Shown piece by piece: positions 60,762 through 64,000 of a stretch of 64,000 nt of DNA. The stretch is from Marsupella aquatica. Lineage: Eukaryota; Plantae; Marchantiophyta. A program made the translations under genes and the position numbers. Numbering within the stretch: position 1 is the first letter of the stretch; the number at the start of each line of letters is the position of its first letter. The stretch is taken from assembly GCA_973895155.1 (NCBI GenBank), contig OZ316897.1:5593327-5657326 (forward strand), given 5' to 3'. Under the pieces are notes generated by a model. The model saw nothing but the letters and a program-made list of their open reading frames with translations. It did no database searches and had not been told where the DNA came from.

Positions 60762-63700
60762 TGTGGAAAGGTAAAAAGGAGCTACAGAATGAAAGTGATC
60801 CATTTTAAAACATTTTAACCTTACTTGAAGCTTATTTAGGTTTATTCATCACCCCTTAATCCATTTTAAGCCTCAAAGGAATGTTATGGAAGAAAGCTAA
60901 GAAGTTTGAGTTTGGAAGGAAGAATCGCTTCGGACAAACAATCGCTTTCAAAGAAATCCGAAAGAAATCGCTCAGAACCGAAGCTGAAGAATCGCTTTGG
61001 AAGTTGGAAAATCGGTTTAGACTTTCAGCAGCAACTTTGACGGACGATTGCGGATCGGTCCGATGTTGGTTTGAGGAGATATTTGGTGCGTTGGAAAGCT
61101 CTTTCCAAGGGCTATAAGGAGAATTTCAGTTTGGTCCCAAAAGACCAACTTCAGAATAACCCAAACCGATTCTCCAAGGTTTTTCGGCATATGTTACTTA
61201 AATCGTTTTTTATCTCTTTTCTCACCTCTTGAACCTTTTCATGAGTTAGATAGAGTAGGATATAGAGGGACATAGTTTAGTGTACCTTTAGGAATTAGAT
61301 ATAGAGAGTCTTAGTCTTAGTTTACCTTTTAGGACCTTTAGTTTAGATGAGAAAAGGTTTTTAGGCTTCTAAACCTTTTGGCATCTTAAACCTTTTAAGG
61401 GAGCCTTACAAGTGGACTCCCAAGATCATGATTCATTGTCTTTTCTTCAACATTGATTTTTGACCAAGTGTGGGTCTTTTTCTCATGCCAAATTGGGCTT
61501 AGGAGAAAGAATTTAATGGAGAAGACTTGTACCACTTACATTAATTGAATTTCAAACATTTCATGAATCAAACTTAAGTATTCAAGTTTTGATGTTTGAA
61601 TTAGTTGTAGGAAATAGATTTGAATGGATAACTAAGGTGTGCCTTTGAAATCTAGTTGAAATGGGAATTGTACCAACCTTCATGACGTAAAACCGATCAC
61701 TACTAAGTGTATAAGGAAGTTAGAAGGAAGAGAAAACCTTTCAATCTATTGAGACGAAGCCGAACCTAAGGAATTTTATTTCAGCACTTGTGACATACTA
61801 ATCGTTTCAGGATTATATAAGGAAAATAGCAAAGAAATCGCTTGAAGATTTCAAACATCACAAAACCTTGGTAAATCGCTTTGTTTATTCTTTACGGGAC
61901 CGAATCTTGGTATTTAAGGATAAAAGTATATACATTTGTATGATTCCACTTACCACATATTCTTTTTGGCGCCGCTGCCGGGGAATAAATCAAAAGCGAT
62001 TTATGAAGGAGGCCAAGAGAATTGGCCGAAATAAAGATTGAAGAAAGAAAAAACAAAAACAGAACAACAAAGAATTGTTTTGGACGATAAATCGGCTGAG
62101 TGAATTAGCCAAAACAGAGATCAAAGGAAAATAGAGCCCAAGCATTTGGATTGGGCATACAATTGCTTTCAATAAGGAGAGATCAATTTGGCAAGGGCAC
62201 AATCTGATTGGAAAATCCAATTTGAAGGAGAAGAGGACTCATTGTTTGAGGGAATCTGATCAATTCCCCTCGAGTAATTGACCTTGTGAGTATGGAGGAC
62301 TCACCACAGTTTGGCTCACCCTTGACATTTACGGTTATTCATTTCTCAATCAATAATGCCCCCTCTGCCTTAGTCAGATCAATGAGAGAAAAGATGGAAA
62401 GGGAGATGGAGAAGCAAGAAATTGAGAGGAAGACCAATGTACCAGTTGGTCCAGTCTGTTGGTCAAGTCAATTAAGAGTATTCGATGGCGGATGAACTGG
62501 ACTATATTTTAATGTTAGAATAAGAATAGTTAGAAATTTTTGAATTTTTTTTTGAGTTCACCAATGTAGGCTCAGTAGGTCTAGAATATGAAAAGCTCAA
62601 ATTATTTAAGAGGAAAGGAACTCTCTCAAAAAGAGGGAAAACGATTTAAGAGGCTTAAGGGCCAGAATTCAAACTGAGGACGGATTGCTGAGGTGGCAAA
62701 TTGTTCACTCATTGAAGATCAACCTTCTGGTGATGAATCAATGGATATAGAGGATGAAGAACCAATTGAGATGATGAAGCTACGAATCGGGAGACTAACA
62801 ACTCTGCTTGTTTTATGGAAAGAAAGTTGCATGGAGTGGTGGACAATTTTTGTAGAGCTAATGCTTTAAACACTAGCCTGATTGAGGAGCTCATGTAGAA
62901 TTTGTATTGTTCAAAAGAAGACCTCCTCAATGAGATAGAATCAATGAAGACTAAACAAGTTGATGCAGAGCAAGTCAAGATGAACACGGAGACGGAAAAG
63001 AAAAAGCTTGAGAAAAAGCTCAGAGAAGCGATTCAGAGCTCGGTGCTGCCTACCATTCAACAATCGCTTGAGACTTTGACTCAAACAGTGGATCAAATTT
63101 CGCTTTCAGCAGAAGATCGTCTTCAACTAGCTGCCTTGACCTTTGAAGGATGGGCCAGTGAGGAGAAAAGTTTGAGTCGGATTGCTATTGCCATCACAAA
63201 TCAGAAAGCGCTCCCATCTAGACACCCTGAGCCAGCACCGGTTTCTCTCAAGAAGCTTAAACGCTCATTTCACTTGCTCCAATTCCGAAAGCTCAAGAAG
63301 GGATTCCCTCAGCCTTTGTAGGAAGTCTATGCTCACACTTGACTTTCTTTTGCTCCTCTTTGTATTGTTTCTTCTATGAGTGGCACTACTCTATTTTGGG
63401 CTCCTACATACTCAAGAAACCTTTTGGGGGTTTGTTTTTAGTAAAATTTTCTTTCCGGATTCCCTTCAGCCTTACTTTATCAATTTCTATCTCACCTGAA
63501 TCTTTTAACCTTTTACCTTGTTAAAGTTTACTTTTGCAACAGATCAACTTTATTTTCTTCTTTGTTCCAAGTTCTTACTGAACATTTACCTTGCAAAGTT
63601 TTTATTTTCAGAAGAGACAAAGAATCAGTTCATTCAAAATTACCGAAAAGCGATTCTTTCATCCAAAATATCAAGTATTATATTAATCGTTTTTCCTGTC

Positions 63701-64000
63701 CCCCTACTTTTTGTTCAATGTGATCCAATTTGCTTTGAGATTATCCTTTGGAAGTAATCCCTTTTCTGTTCCCAACCACAAACATCAATTGCTTTACTGA
63801 CACCAGTTTAAAAGCAATTTATTTTCTTTTTGCAAGCTTCACTTCATCTTAACCATTTCTCCTTCCAGCCCATACCTCCAGTGAACTTCCATTTTTCCCT
63901 TCACATCTTTTCCAGTGGATCCCCAAACGTTCTTATACTTTGAAATGTTTTTCTTCCCTTCTGTCGGTTTCATTCGTACTTTTAAAAGCAAAAAGTTGAT
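60762..64000 (+). mobile_element. Athila-like LTR retrotransposon 5' end (LTR 60762-61957, degenerate interior running off window)
   Basis: TGTGGAAAG...CTTACCACA inverted termini; PBS TGGCGCCGCTGCCGGGGA at 61967-61984. Confidence 0.75.

Noticed and set aside
62902-63321. Functional gag of the Athila-like element
   Set aside because: Short coiled-coil fragment among many stops, with no recognisable gag motif

Overview
Eukaryotic, transposon-saturated (heterochromatin-like) DNA; the element types suggest a land plant, possibly a non-seed plant (inference). No host housekeeping gene, rRNA, tRNA or CRISPR array is recognisable. Contents: (i) five near-identical copies of a young RTE-X-like LINE with (CATTAC)n tails, one with a twin-priming 5' inversion; (ii) a ~11.5 kb CACTA/EnSpm element (3019-14565) that carries a spliced transposase, a divergent TnpA-like gene, a BRCT-domain ORF and a SET-domain exon. 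The SET exon sits in the first transposase intron and can be spliced in frame to transposase exon 1. (iii) Pieces of a MULE-like family marked by a 15-bp palindrome and a 181-bp tandem array; (iv) two degenerate L1-type LINE fragments; (v) several Ty3/Gypsy elements: an RT-less gag-pro derivative with a nested solo LTR, an Athila-like 5' end, and a family whose 4.66-kb LTR contains a >1,100-codon ORF, plus a probable non-autonomous partner sharing its PBS, PPT context and an LTR hairpin. All domain calls come from motif recognition by eye, not database searches.
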